This document shows positions 1 to 12,800 of a stretch of DNA of 64,000 nt, one piece after another. Both the position numbers and the translations under genes were made by a program. The notes under the pieces were generated by a model that did not search any database, was not told the origin of the DNA, and was given only the letters and a program-made list of their open reading frames with translations. Source of the stretch: Anthoceros angustus (Eukaryota; Plantae; Anthocerotophyta); the NCBI GenBank assembly GCA_010909165.1, contig VJWM01000219.1, positions 186,001 through 250,000 of the forward strand, in the 5' to 3' direction. How positions within the stretch are numbered: position 1 is the first letter of the stretch; the number at the start of each line of letters is the position of its first letter.

Positions 1-1099
1 GATGGATAGTGATATTGGTATTCCATACCAAGGTTCACGATGGACAGTTAGTTGAGGAAATATATGTTGAAGTTGTTGAAAGGCATAGCATTGGAAATAC
101 TCTTCTTGGAAATGTTGAAGGTGTTGAAGGGCATGGCAACCAAAGCAGACATAATATAGCATGCAGGCAAACATGTGGTTTGGAGAAAAGTTTGGTGTGA
201 AAAAATATGCGCCCCATCCCCTCTGTCCTCTTTGGTATGCCATACAACAGAGTCAAGCAGTACGGAGGTGAACTGAATATCATGTATGTCTGAGTGGAAG
301 TTGTAGATGATTGTAGCCCAATGCTTTCCCCAAGCCTGATGCTTTCACACAGATTATCGGTGGGAGGTAGAGTAGAAGCACGAGAGCTCCATCCTTTATA
401 GTAGTAGTAGTCTGCTGGACAGTGGACAGCAGGTGAAGGCACCAAAGCAAATACGCATGACAGTAAACAAGACCCACTACTAGGAAAAGTATACTTTTAC
501 CACGAACATTACTACAGACTTTACAACGGACATTACTACTCCCGTAGTAAAACATCAGTAGTAAACATATAGCATACGTGGTAAAGTCCAGTATACCCTA
601 TATTTTGTATTCTATACGAAGTATGTATGGAGTACTTTAATGAAGTCAACCGTATATTGGTTAATCTTTAAATTACCATACCTTTTATCACGGTATTTAC
701 TACGTTGAACAACCACGGACTTTACTACTGGCCTGATCTGGTTAAAAATAATGATTAGTTGACCGAGATTAGTTAACTATAATATATGAACCACAGTTAA
801 ATGAGTGGGTTTGGTTAATCATATGTTGACCATAATTAATTAATCACGGTTAAGTAATCCGACAATCCGTTGTAAATTCCTGGTGGGTACCGTTGTAAAT
901 CTCTTATTGCAGAAAAAGACCCCATAGTAAAATTATATAGTAAATATTTGTAGTAAAATTTTATAGTAAAAAAATCGTAATAAAATACTTACTAAAATTC
1001 TACAGTAAAAATACGTAGTAAAATTTTATAAAACCAGGCATCCTACAAAAAACTTACACACCCAAAATATATATAAGGTCCTGGAACAAGAAAATTTAG

Positions 1100-1903
1100 A
1101 CAAATCATGGAACATCGAAATGATAAAAGCAACAACATCAACCTCTAACCTTAATCACGCTGAGGCTTCCTCAACATCCTTGGCCACTTTACGGGGAAGG
1201 TAGTGCCCTACCATCTACCCGTCGTCTAAGCCGTTTTTTTTCATGATGGCATCCATGACCTTGCCATCGCATTCATTGGTTGGATAACCTGCCTCAACCA
1301 ACAGGTTCCACGCGTTAATAGCAGTTGTCAATCCCCCCTATGAGTTAACATGTGGACCCAAAGCAGGACTTATGATTTTGGAATTCATCCAAAACGCTTG
1401 CAGCTTCACCAACCAATTTCCGTGAACGGTACCAACAGCTCTGATCTCATCCACGGTTGGCTCCCTCCCAAACATTCCTCTGAACCTATCCAGAAAACCC
1501 CATGGCCAAAGCATGCGTAGGTATTGCTATCCGTATCCTTCACCCTCTTCATGGCAGCTACTTTTTGCTAGCTAAGGGCTACAACACCATCCATCTTCTC
1601 CTTCTCCTCCCTCAAAAACACCTCCCAGTACTTCGGCTTTGCACTCTTCGGAACATAGCCAGGGTTTCTCTTCTTGCCCTCCAAAAACTTTTGGGCCTCC
1701 TTCCTCACATTGTTCCGCCAATGCTTGAGATTAGTGCCAAAAAATTGCAACACAATGGCGCCAAATGACCAAGGACCTGAAATAGTTTGCCTGATGCATT
1801 GTTCAACATGAACCACAGTGGCTTCAGTTTGATTCCAAAAAACACTAACGAAAGGATTGCAGAGCCACCGGATGGTGAAATGCACCCTATCCTTCATTCG
1901 CAA
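1100..1903 (-). pseudogene. Degenerate CACTA TnpA/ORF2-like coding remnant
   Basis: ORF 1568-1903 (..LKHWRNNVRKEAQKFLEGKKRNPGYVPKSAKPKYWEVFLREE..) continues after a break into ..DRFRGMFGREPTVDEIR.., which resembles plant CACTA accessory proteins. It has stops and lies inside the TIR-bounded element. The family call is resemblance only. Confidence 0.45.
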
Positions 1904-2001
1904 AAAGCTGGGGGAGTCCTGGTAGATGAATCCTGCACATCAGCACCGGCATAGTGAAAGGAATGATGAGTCCTGAATTGCCTAAAACCCAAACATGAAC
2001 T

Positions 2002-2220
2002 ATCCAGGCTTGAATGGCCTGGAAAATACAAAGCTTAGAGGGCTGCAAAATCCAGGCTTGAATGGCCTGGAAAATACAAAGCTTAGAGGGCTGCAAAATC
2101 CAGGCTTGAATGGCCTGGAAAATACAAAGCTTAGAGGGCTGCAAAATCCAGGCTTGAATGGCCTGAAAACAAGGATACCTGAAAATCCAGGCTTGAAAGG
2201 CCTGATAATTTCAGGCTTGA
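2002..2220. repeat. 48-bp tandem repeat (3 full copies plus degenerate copies)
   Basis: ATCCAGGCTTGAATGGCCTGGAAAATACAAAGCTTAGAGGGCTGCAAA starts at 2002, 2050 and 2098, with a partial copy at 2146 and degenerate CCAGGCTTGAA cores to about 2220. Confidence 0.95.
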
Positions 2221-3599
2221 ACGACACAATCGAGGTAAGTCTACTTGAAAGCAGAAAGCTCACTAAAGCAAAACTCACCTCCTAGATGGAGGTGATAGGG
2301 AAGCACCACGTGTTCCACATCGGGCTTCCTTTTCCGCTTAGGACCCCTTGGGTCCTTCTCGTCGATGATACGGCATTCTTCTGGAATACGCGGTTCACAG
2401 TCCTCATTTAGTGCAGCATTAGGAAGATGATCACCGTCATCAACACCATCTTGAATGGCACCATCTGCAGCCCGCACTGCAGAGGCGTTGCGGAGACATT
2501 TAGCGTAGAGGCATTTTTCAGCCCGTCTTTACCTATCCCATGCCACTTTTGATCACCCCTTTTGGGCACTTTCCTTCATAGTCATAATTGAGTGGTTCCT
2601 TAAAATGTATTCCTTTTCGGCTAATTAAACGTGGTAGAACTTCAACGGTACCACATGTAATTTCTCCACTTGCAGTAAAATCAGACGTTGTAATCCACCA
2701 AGTAGGGTAGTAAACCATTGGTCGTTGTAAAATACAGTTATCTTGTTGTAAACAAATGCGTTGTAAACCAGGAAGCCCTGTAGTAAATTGTAGCCACTTA
2801 GAAAAGGGACATCCTACCGCTGCAAAATCCCCAAGATCTGTTGTAAACCCGGGGTACCCCTATAGTAAAGTGCATTGTGATGTGGCATGTCAGGGATAAA
2901 CCATTTGGCAAAATAAACCCTGTTGTAAAATCTGAATCAACCTTGTAAATTCACTAGCTATATTGAAGAAGAACACATGGACCTGAAACTGTCGTAGGAA
3001 AACAAGCTACTGTAGTAAAACTGTTGCTTGTGGTAAAAGTGCACTTAGTAAATGTATGCTTTTCCTAGTAGTGACTGTAAGAGAGTTGAGTATTGCGATT
3101 AAGAGAAATGACAAAAGTGAATGATATTCCACCCTAAAATTTAACAAGTACCATGAACGTAGATCCAAATAGGTAGCCAGAAGTCTCCCAAACAAAACGA
3201 AGAGTGCTGGGTCTAAGGTGTAGCTATGGCTGGTGTGAGGCAACTTTTGCTAACGGACTAGCCGGGCGCACACTAACCCAATGTCGATGTACTACGGGGG
3301 TTCGTTCCACAGGGAATGGACTCGTGCTTATTTTGCCTAAGCTCTACAACTGGTCACCTGAATGGACTTTATCATGTAGGGTCCGTCGGACTCCGTGAGC
3401 CCCAGCCGCATACCACTCCTCACTCAACGGCCTTCCACTTAACCCCGCTCAGGATATCTCAAAACACTGTTTAAGGTCCGGAGGACCGGAACGAGTTTAA
3501 CGACGTGTTTCCTCCGTCAGCCTACATACCCTAGCGCCCCAACGTTCCTACTCCCTCGACTCCTTCCGACAGCACTCCAACGCAACACACATGCCGCAA

Positions 3600-6500
3600 T
3601 GCCTTCCCCCTTCCTGATCCACCCATAGCTGGTATTCGCAACACCAACACGAGCGTTCTGTGGGGTAGTGGCTTCTTAGCCTACGACCCCACAGCCTCCG
3701 CCCCTGTAGCCTCCAGGGATGGCTTCCGCCCAGTAGGGTCACCCCCAAGCGCCTCCTAACCCTTCTGGCTGCTGCACGTTCTGCGGAGAAGTGGCTTCGC
3801 AGCTTGCAATCCCACAGCCTCCGTTCCAGCTCCAAGGTTGGTCTCGCATCCGGGAAATCACCCTCGAGCACCTCCTGAGCTCAGGTCCGACCCAGGTCTG
3901 CATCCATAAAGCGTGTTGGCAGAGCTCGTCACCAGAGCTCTCAACACATCCCTCTACCACCAATTAATCCTGCACGGTGACGCAGAAACACACTCTGCTC
4001 CTCGGAGTGCACACGGAGTGCGAAGATGGTACCCGGGATAATCTGCTGGTCTTGGGCGCCTAGGCCTCCTTATACTCCCTCACACCCTAATCTAACCCGC
4101 CTAGTTATGAACTAACCCTAGGTCGTTGTAACCGTAGTAGCTCATCATTTCACGGACTTCTTCCACCGGCCGCTCTCACCTTGACAAATCCATTCAGACT
4201 ATGCTACCTGACCGAACTAAGTCGCTGGCGGACCAAGCCCTTTGGCCGGACCACTCAGCTTTCACCGACTTTCGTGACCCAGGCGCCACACAATCCCGTG
4301 TCGTTGTAGTAAGGGGTCCGTTCCCAAGAGAATGATAGGCTCCGTTTAGCACGTCTCAACCGTTTCACACCTCAACGTCGTGACCATTTCAGACTCCAGC
4401 GCGCGCGTTCGCAGTTTTACGACTAACTACTCTTATCGTTCACCGAACAGGCCCGGTGTGGCCAAATGTTTAAGGATCCTGTCCCATCTCAGTCTCGTCC
4501 CCTCCTCTCAGTCCTCACCACTCTCACTCGCTCATCGTTCTTTGGGGAAAGAGTGGGTGGGTTGCGTGGTCCCGACCTCCTCCGCCGCCGCTGGCCTCTC
4601 CGCCGCCTACACGCCTTCCGAGTTCTTCCACACGCTGCTTGCCCGCCCAACGTCCGCCGCCTCGAAGAGCAAGGGTCTCGATCGCTCGCCCCGCACACAC
4701 CACCACACGCTTAGGGTCCGCCAATGTGACCTTGATCAATCTCTCCGGCCGCCGTGCTCGCCATGACTTAGGACTCACGTTAGCAAAGACGCACAAGGGT
4801 CTACAAGCGGTATCCACCCCAAGAAAAAGATGCTTTACTAGAGCAGCCCTCTTATACTATGCCCAAGGGCGCCTTTACTACACTCCTATTTTGAGCTGGT
4901 GGCCAAGGTGCCCTAGCCTGCCGCCTACTATTTCCCCCCTATTCGCATATCTACGCTGGCGGTGGGCGTGTTTTGTTCTCCTACCTGGTGGCCCAATCCC
5001 TAGCATTGACAGCTACGGCGAACCCAATCGGATGATCCGTGAGGCGGGGCCCCTTCCCCTTCCCGATCCACCCATAGTGGTATTCGCACACCAACACGAG
5101 CGTGTAGGTAGTGGCTTTAGCCTACGACCACACCTCCGCCTCAGAGCCTCCGGGATGGCTTCCGCCCGAGGGTCACCCCAAGCGCCTCCTAACCCTTCCT
5201 GGGCTGACGCTCAAGTGAGGCACAACCTCCGCTCCAAGGTTGGTCTCGCATCCGGAAATCACCCTCGAGTCCGACCTGTGTCTCCAGTGCATCCATAAAG
5301 CGTGTTGGCGAGCTCGTCACGAGCTCTCAACACATCCTCTACCACCAATTAATCCCGCGGTGGCAGAAACACACCGCTCCTCGGAGTGCACACAGTGCGA
5401 AGATGGTACCCGGGATAATCTGCTGGTCTTGGGCGCCTAGGCCTCCTTATACTCCCTCACACCCTAATCTAACCCTAGTTATGAACTAACCCTAGGTCGT
5501 TGTAACCGCCGTGCCGAGCTCATCATTCGGACTTCTTCCACCGGCCGCTCTGCCAGACAAATCCATTCCACTATGCTACGGCGAACTAAGTCGCTGGCAC
5601 CAAGCCGCCCGGCCGACCACTTTGGCCACGACACGATTTCGACGGCCAGGCGCACACAATCCGTGTCGTTGTAGTAAGGGTCCGTTCCCAAGAGAATGAT
5701 AGGCTCCGTTAGCACGCGTCTCAACCGTTTCACCTCAACGTCGTGACCATTTGAGACTCCAGTAGCGTCTCGCTTTTACGACTAACTACTCTTATCGTTC
5801 ACCGAACTGTGCCCTAAATGTTTAAGGACTGCTCGTGTCCCAGTATCCTACCGCCCGGCCCTCGTCCGCCTAGTCCGTTCTCCTCACCACTCTCACTCGC
5901 TCATCGTTCTTTGGGGAAAGAGTGGGTGGGTTGCGTCCCGGACCTCCTCCGCTGCCCGCTGGCCTCCGCCCGGGCTCTACACGCCTTCCGAGTTCTTCCG
6001 CAGCGTTGCCGTCCAACGTTGGTCCGCCGCCTCGAAGAGCAAGGGTCTCGATCGCTCGCCTCGCACACCACCACCGCTAGGGTCCGCCAATGTGACCTTG
6101 ATCAATCTCTCCGGCCGTGTACCGCCAAAGGACTTAGGACTCCGCGTTAGCAAAGACGCACAAGGGTCTACAAGCGGTATCCACCCCAAGAAAAAGATGC
6201 TTTACTAGAGCAGCCCCGGCCCTCTTATACTATGCCCAAGGGCGGCGTCTTTACTACACTCCTATTTTGAGCTGGTGGCCAGCTCAGTGTGCCCTAGCCT
6301 GCCGCCTACTATTTCCCCCCTATTCCGCATATCTACGCTGGCGGTGGGCGTGTTTTGTTCTCCTACCTGGTGGCCCAATCCCTAGCATTGACAGCTGCGG
6401 CGAACCCAATCGGATGATCCGTGAGGCGGGGCCCCTTCCCTTCCGAGTTCTTCCGCAGCGTTGCCGTCCAACGTTGGTCCGCCGCCTCGAAGAGCAAGGG

Positions 6501-6885
6501 TCTCGATCGCTCGCCTCGCACACCACCACCGCTAGGGTCCGCCAATGTGACCTTGATCAATCTCTCCGGCCGTGTACCGCCAAAGGACTTAGGACTCCGC
6601 GTTAGCAAAGACGCACAAGGGTCTACAAGCGGTATCCACCCCAAGAAAAAGATGCTTACTAGAGCAGCCCTCTTATACTATGCCCAAGGCGGCGCCTTTA
6701 CTACACTCCTATTTTGAGCTGGTGGCCAAGGTGCCCTAACTCGCCTACTATTTCCCTATTCGCATATCTCGTGTCGCGGGGTGGGGCTGGCGTGCTCTTG
6801 GTTCCGCCTCGGCTGTGGCCCAATCCCTAGCATTGGTGGCGAACCCAATCCAGATGATCCGTGAGGCGGGCCCCTTCCCTTCCCG
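3600..6885. repeat. Direct duplication of a ~1.4-kb LTR-like/non-coding block plus a partial third copy
   Basis: About 3600-5060 matches about 5050-6440 (e.g. GATCCACCCATAG..GTATTCGC; GAAGATGGTACCCGGGATAATCTGCTGG at about 4023 and 5401). About 5985-6440 is repeated again at about 6439-6885. Copies differ mostly by small indels. Confidence 0.9.
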
Positions 6886-9800
6886 AGACCTCGTTGAGCC
6901 ACCCACCCGACAACGGGTCACCACCAAGTCCTCCTCTCCTTCCTCTCTTGCCTCACCGGTGGGCCCTTGCTGCGGTCCCCAAGAGGTTGCTCCCGAGCCT
7001 ATTTCGCCCGAACTGGACCTGGGGTCCGGCCTCGACTGAGTCCGGACCTCGTGGTCCGGCCTCACTGAGTTCGGACCCTCAGGCCTCGACTCTAGGGTCC
7101 GGACCTCAGAGTCCGGCCTTATTTTTGGAGTCCGGACCTCGGGGTCCGGTCTCAATTCCGGAGTCCGGACCTCGGGGTCCGGGCTCGTGGGTCCTTGGAC
7201 TTCTCCGCCTTGTGGACTTCCCGAGGGTCCGTCCTCCTCCACCGGACCCTCACGCTGTCCCAAGTTGTCGTCGCCGAATAGCGCTCCCAAGGTCCCGGTG
7301 GCCGTACTGTCTCCGAGGCCTTCATCTCTCCGTCCTCCTCCGCCTTGTGGACTTCCCGAGGTCCGCTGCTGCGGAGGTGACTCAGGACCTCCAGGGCCTT
7401 GAGGAGCTCCGCGTGGTAGTAGGCAAAGTCTGAATCGACTTGTTGAATTGCCTCCTCCACATGAGCCCGGAGCACTCGGTATTCCCTCCTCCATAGGTGC
7501 TCCGGTAGTTGGGCGTGCTGGCCGGCTTGCTGAGCCGTCTCCGTCGCTAGGCCGCCAACTGAAGTCGGGCGGACTCTCTTGAGGCCGCCAAGGCTGCCTC
7601 CGACACCTCCTGCAGCCTCTGCTGCTGCTCTGCGTGCTCCTCCTCTCGTCGTCGTTGTAGCTCGACCAACTTGTTGGCCATAGAGCTACGTTCCTCCGCC
7701 TCCTCCTCCGCCCGCCTACACGCCTTCTCTGAGCCCTCTCCCTCCATCCATCTTTGCTCGGAGGCCACCATCTCCTTCCCACGTGGTCCCCAAGACCTCC
7801 GCCGGCCTCCCCGGCTTCCTCTAGCTCCTTCTCCAACTCGGCGATGTCCATCTCCTTAGTTCGTCGACTCTCCTCCCCTCTAACAAAGCTAGAGACGCCA
7901 ATCTCCTACTCATGGTCCATGATTCTCCCTTGAGAATTCCATGGCGCCCACGTGTCTTGAGCTGCAGCCCAGGATCCTGCGATCCTCAAGCTCTGGCGTT
8001 GCTCCTCCGCCTCCAGAATCACTCCGGAATCCTCTATCTCCCGAGCACTGGCCTCCCTTTCTTCTTCACGACTTGCCCGTGCTCGCTCCGCCACTGCCGA
8101 CCTTCGTGTTAGCGGCTACCCCCGCCTCCCTCCATCGGTTTGGTCTGCGAATGGTCCCTATCTGCTTCGCGGTCTCGCCTCCCGCCGCCTTCACCTCGAG
8201 CCTCCCAAGCTTGGTGGCCTCTGCCGAGCCATCTCGGCCAGTCCCAAGCCCTTTCGTCTACCTTGGGCCTCCTCGGCTCCTGAGGCTGCCTCCGCTTGCA
8301 AAGGTCCTCCGCCTTTGCTTGGGCCTCTACTTGTGATTTGTTACACAGGAACTTGGTCCAATCTTGTTGAACGGACGGGCCTCCTCTCCGCCCGCCTTGC
8401 GCTTCTCCTCCTCGATCCTCGCGAGGGACTCCGCCTTCTTCGCCGCTTGGGCCGCCTCCACTGACCACAGGAGCTCCGCGTGGTAATAGGCAAAGTCCAA
8501 TCGACTTGTTGAATTGCCTCTTCCACATGAGCCCGGAGCACCCGGTACTCCCTCCTCCAGAGGTGCTCCGGTAGTTGGGCATGTCGGCCGGCCTGCTGAG
8601 CCGTCTCCGTCGCTAGGCCCGCCAACTGAAGCCGGGCGGACTCTCTTGAGGCCGCCAAGGCTGCCTCCGACACCTCCTGCAGCCTTTGCTGCTGCTCTGC
8701 GCGCTCCTCCTCCCGCCGTCGTTGTAACTCGGCCAACTTGCTGGCCATAGAGCTACGCTCCCCTCGCCGCGGTCGGACTGCGACACGCTCTTCTCTCAGA
8801 GCCCTCTCCCCTCCATCCATCTTTGCCCGGAGGGCCACCATCTCCCTTCCCACGTGGTCCGGCACCTCTGCCCGGCTCCTGGCTTCCTCTAGCTCCTTCT
8901 CCAACTCGGCGATGTCCATCTCCTTAGTTCGCCGTCGACTCTCCTCCCCCCTCTAACAAAGCTAGAGACGCTCAATCTCCTACTCATGGTCCATGATTCT
9001 CCCTTTGAGAATTCCATGGCGCTCCACCGTGTCTTGGAGCTGCAGCTCCAGGGTATCCCTGCGATCCTCAAGCTCCTGGCGTTGCTCCTCCGCTCCCTGC
9101 AACTGTACCCGGAGATCCTCTATCTCCCGAGCACTGGCCTCCCTTTCTTCTTCACGACTTGCCGTACGCTCCGCCGCCACTCGACCTTGAGTTAGCAGCT
9201 ACCCGCCGTCTCCCTCCATGCTTCGGTCTACTTGATGTGGTCCCTATCTCTTCGCCGGTCTCGGCCTCCGCGCCGCCTTCACTGAGCCTCCGGGCTTGGT
9301 GTTGCTCCTGCCGAGCCATCTCGGCCAGGTCCCAAGCCCTTTCGTCTACCTTGGGCCTCCTCCCTCCCTGAGCGCCTCGCTTGCAAAGGTCCTCCGCCTT
9401 TGCTTGGGCCTCTAGCTTGCTTGTTCATTTGCTCAGAGGAACTTGGTCCAATCTTGTTGAGCGGACGGGCCTCCCTCTCCGCCGGCCTCGATCCTCGCGA
9501 GGGACTCCGCCTTCTTCGCCGCTTGGGCCGCCTCCACTGACCACAGGAGCTCCACAATCTGTCGGTGGCCTCCACTTTGTGGGTCTTCTCCATGTTCATG
9601 AGACCCCGAGCATACCATCCATGACGGTGCCGAACCCAGTGTTTCTTCCACGGCCCACTGGGAGGCACCCAAGAAGTCCGTCGTGGAGTGCGGGCATTTC
9701 TCGTCCGTTAGGGATATCACTGATCAGGGCGAGGCCGGACCAATGTCTCGGACCCAATCAAGACCCTTGTGTCCCGAAAAGCCTGGGCCACCTTCCACTC

Positions 9801-12800
9801 CTTGGCCCTTTTGGCGCTAGCTCCTTCTCCACTTGGGGCTCGGAGGTGGTGAGGGGGTCCGGGAGTTGGCCCTCTTGCCTCTCCCGGTTGGGGACAGACA
9901 GGCTCGGGGTGGGGTTCTTTGCCCTCCGCTCCGGCGGCATCCTCTCTACTCTCCGCTTGCCTCCTCCGCTCGCCACTCCGTTGGCGGGGCAAAGGACGGG
10001 TCTGGGCGCTGGCGTTGAGCCGCTTCTCTTCGCTTCCCACCTAGTCCCCGGGGTTGAGGCCGTTGTGGGCTCTGAACTGCTTGGCGTCGACCTCCTCCTT
10101 CCTATGGCCGCCTCCTCCGCTTGCAAAGGTCCTCCGCTCCGGCCAAGGACTAAGAGAAGGGAAGCAGGGATGTCTTCCCACACTTCCCTGGGTGGCGAGG
10201 GGGTCCGTTCCAAACGTATGGAGTCCGGAATCCCCTCCCAATCGTCCTCCTCCGGTTGCTTGGTCCCGGCGGCTTCGCCTCCTGCGTTCTTCCTTCACGC
10301 TCTGCTTGATGCATCCCCAGCGCCCGCTCTTCTTCTTCCTCCTTCGGGAGGTTCATGCCCCACATGGATAATAAGCAGTGCGCAACGCCGACGGGGTGGC
10401 TTCTCACTCCTTAACTGGCCTCTGGTTGATCCCGGCAAAGATAATTCTTCCGCCGGCCCCGCCTCCTCCGGGCAGGCGTGGAGGAACACCGGCAAGTTGT
10501 CACCAAGGTGGTCCACCTTGGTGAGCATGTTCCGATGGACGATGATCTTCGCCACCGCCGCACCTCCCTCTCCGCCCGCCCGGCCTCCTCGATCCGAGGA
10601 CTCCGCCTTCTTCGCCGCTTGGGCCGCCTCCACCGACTGGAGCTCCACAATCTGCTGTCGGTGGCCTCCACTTTGTGGGTCTTCTCGCTGCCCGCAGAGA
10701 CCCCGAGCATACCATCCATGACGGTAGCTGAACCCCGTGTTTCTTCCAGCCACTGGGAGGCACCCAAGAAGTCCGTCGTGGGTGCGGGCATTTCTCGGTC
10801 CGTTAGGGACCGCCATACTGCAGTCCGGAGCGAGGCCGGACCAATGTCTCCGGACCCAATCAAGACCCGTGTCCCGAGCTGGGCCGACCTTCCACTTCCT
10901 TGGCCCTTTTGGCCGCTAGCTCCTTCTCCACTTGGGGCTCGGAGGTGGTGAGGGGGTCCGGAGTTGGCCCTCTTGCCTCTCCGGCCAGGCTGTGACAGCT
11001 CGGGGTGGGGCTGCTGTCCTCCGCCTCCTCCGCTTGCAAAGGTCCTCCGCCTCCTCCTCCTCCTCCGCCTTCCGCCTCGCCACCCGCGGCAAAGGACCGT
11101 GCGGTCCTGGCGCTGGCGGGGCCGCCTTCTTCGCCCCCACCTAGTCCGGGGTTCGGCACTAGGGCCGCTGTGGGTCAAGCCGCCCGCGCAGCCGCCTCCC
11201 TTCCTATGGCCGCCTCCTCCTGCGCAGGTGCTCCGGCCAAGGGACTAAGAGAAGGGAAGCGGGATGTCTTCCCACACTGGGCGTCCGCTCCAAACGATGG
11301 AGTCCGAATCCTCCCAATCGTCCTCCTCCCGACCTGGTCTTGGTCCGGCGCCTGCCTCCCTGTTCTTCCTTCACGCCTGCTGGCCATCCCTTCCGCCTTC
11401 TTCTTCTTCCTCCTCGGAGGTTCATGCCCCACATGGATAATAAACGGTGACAACGCCGACGGGGTGGCTTCTCACTCCTTAACTGGCCTCCCGTTGATCC
11501 CGCAAAGATAATTCTTCCCCCGCTTCCCCCTCCGGGCAGGCGTGGAGGAACACTGAAGTTGTCACCAAGGTGGTCCACCTTGGTGAGCATGTTCCGGACG
11601 ATGATCTTCGCCACCGCCGCACCTCCCGCTCAGGAGGTCCGACATCGCCCATCCGCTGGAGGATCGCCGCGTTCCGGTCTCAAGAGGGCCGCCAGCGCGT
11701 CCACCTTCCCTTTCACCTTGAGGGCTGGAACCAATCCCCCTACTTCTCCATTTGGGCGGTTGTAGACCGCCTCGGGACCTCCACGTCCACCTCCGGGTCC
11801 TCCTCGATCCTCGCGAGGGACTCGCCTTCTTGGCCGCCGCTTGGGCCGCCTCCACTGACCACAGGCTCCACAATCTTGGGTGGCCTCCACTTTGTGGGTC
11901 TTCTCCGCCGTTCCGCAGAGACCCCAGAGCATACCATCCATGACGGTAGCCAGAACCCGCCGTGTTTCTTCCACGGCCACCGCTGGGGAGGCACCCAAGA
12001 AGTCCGTCGTGGGTGCGGGCATTTCTCGGTCCGTTAGGGACCGCCATACTGCAGTCCGGAGCGAGGCCGGACCAATGTCTCCGGACCCAATCAAGACCCG
12101 CAGGTCCTGAGTGCTTCGGGCCAGACCTTCCACTTCCTTGGCCCTTTTGGCCGCTAGCTCCTTCTCCACTTGGGGCTCGGAGGTGGTGAGGGGGTCCGGG
12201 AGTTGGCCCTCTTGCCTCTCCCGGTTGGGGACAGAGGCTCGGGGTGGCTTCGTCCTCCCAGCTCGAGAGATCCCTCTCTACTCCGCACCGCCTCCTCCGC
12301 TCGCCACTCCGTTGGCGGGGCAAAGGACGATGCAGTCTGGCGCAAGGGGCCGTCTTCCTTCGCTTCCCACCTAGTCCGTGGGTTCAGTAGGGGCCGAGTG
12401 CCGGTCTCACAAGGCCGCGACCGCCACCTCCTTCCTATGGCCGCCTCCTCTCAGGTGCTCCAAGGACTAAGAGAAGGGAAGCGGGATGTCTTCCCACACT
12501 TCCACGGGTGGCGCAGGGGTCCGCTCCAAACGATGGAGTCCGGAATCCTCCCAATCGTCCTCCTCCCGACGCTTGGTCCCGGCGGCCCACCTTCCCTTTC
12601 TTCTTCACGCCTGTGTGGTCGCCATCCTTCCGCCGCTTCTTCTTCTTCCTCCTTCGGGAGGTTCATGCCCCACACATGGATAATAAACAGTGACAACGCC
12701 CGACGGGGTGGCTTCTCACTCCTTAACTGGCCTCTGGTTGATCTGGCAAAGATAATTCTTCCCACCGGGCCCGCTCTCCGCAGGCGTGGAGGAACCAAGA

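Larger units (their letters stand above)
475..3073. mobile_element. Non-autonomous CACTA (En/Spm) DNA transposon, about 2.6 kb
   Basis: CACTACTAGGAAAAG at 475-489 and its exact reverse complement at 3059-3073; the imperfect match extends to about 26/30 bp. Flanks are ACC (472-474) and ACT (3074-3076), a 3-bp TSD with one mismatch. Dense subterminal (T/G)TAGTAAA and GTTGTAAA motifs occur at both ends. No DDE transposase (TnpD) is visible. Confidence 0.9.

Noticed and set aside
1-470. Short ORFs at the left edge
   Set aside because: No recognisable domain or splice structure; probably degenerate repeat or intergenic DNA truncated by the window.
2002-2220. 48-bp and 23-bp (15047-15181) arrays as CRISPR-like repeats
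   Set aside because: They are head-to-tail repeats with no unique spacers, there are no cas genes, and the context is eukaryotic.
3074-3085. TGTAAGAGAG right after the CACTA end as an LTR start pairing with TACA at 16550
   Set aside because: The putative TSDs (GTGAC vs GTGGG) disagree and the two ends share no LTR-length similarity.
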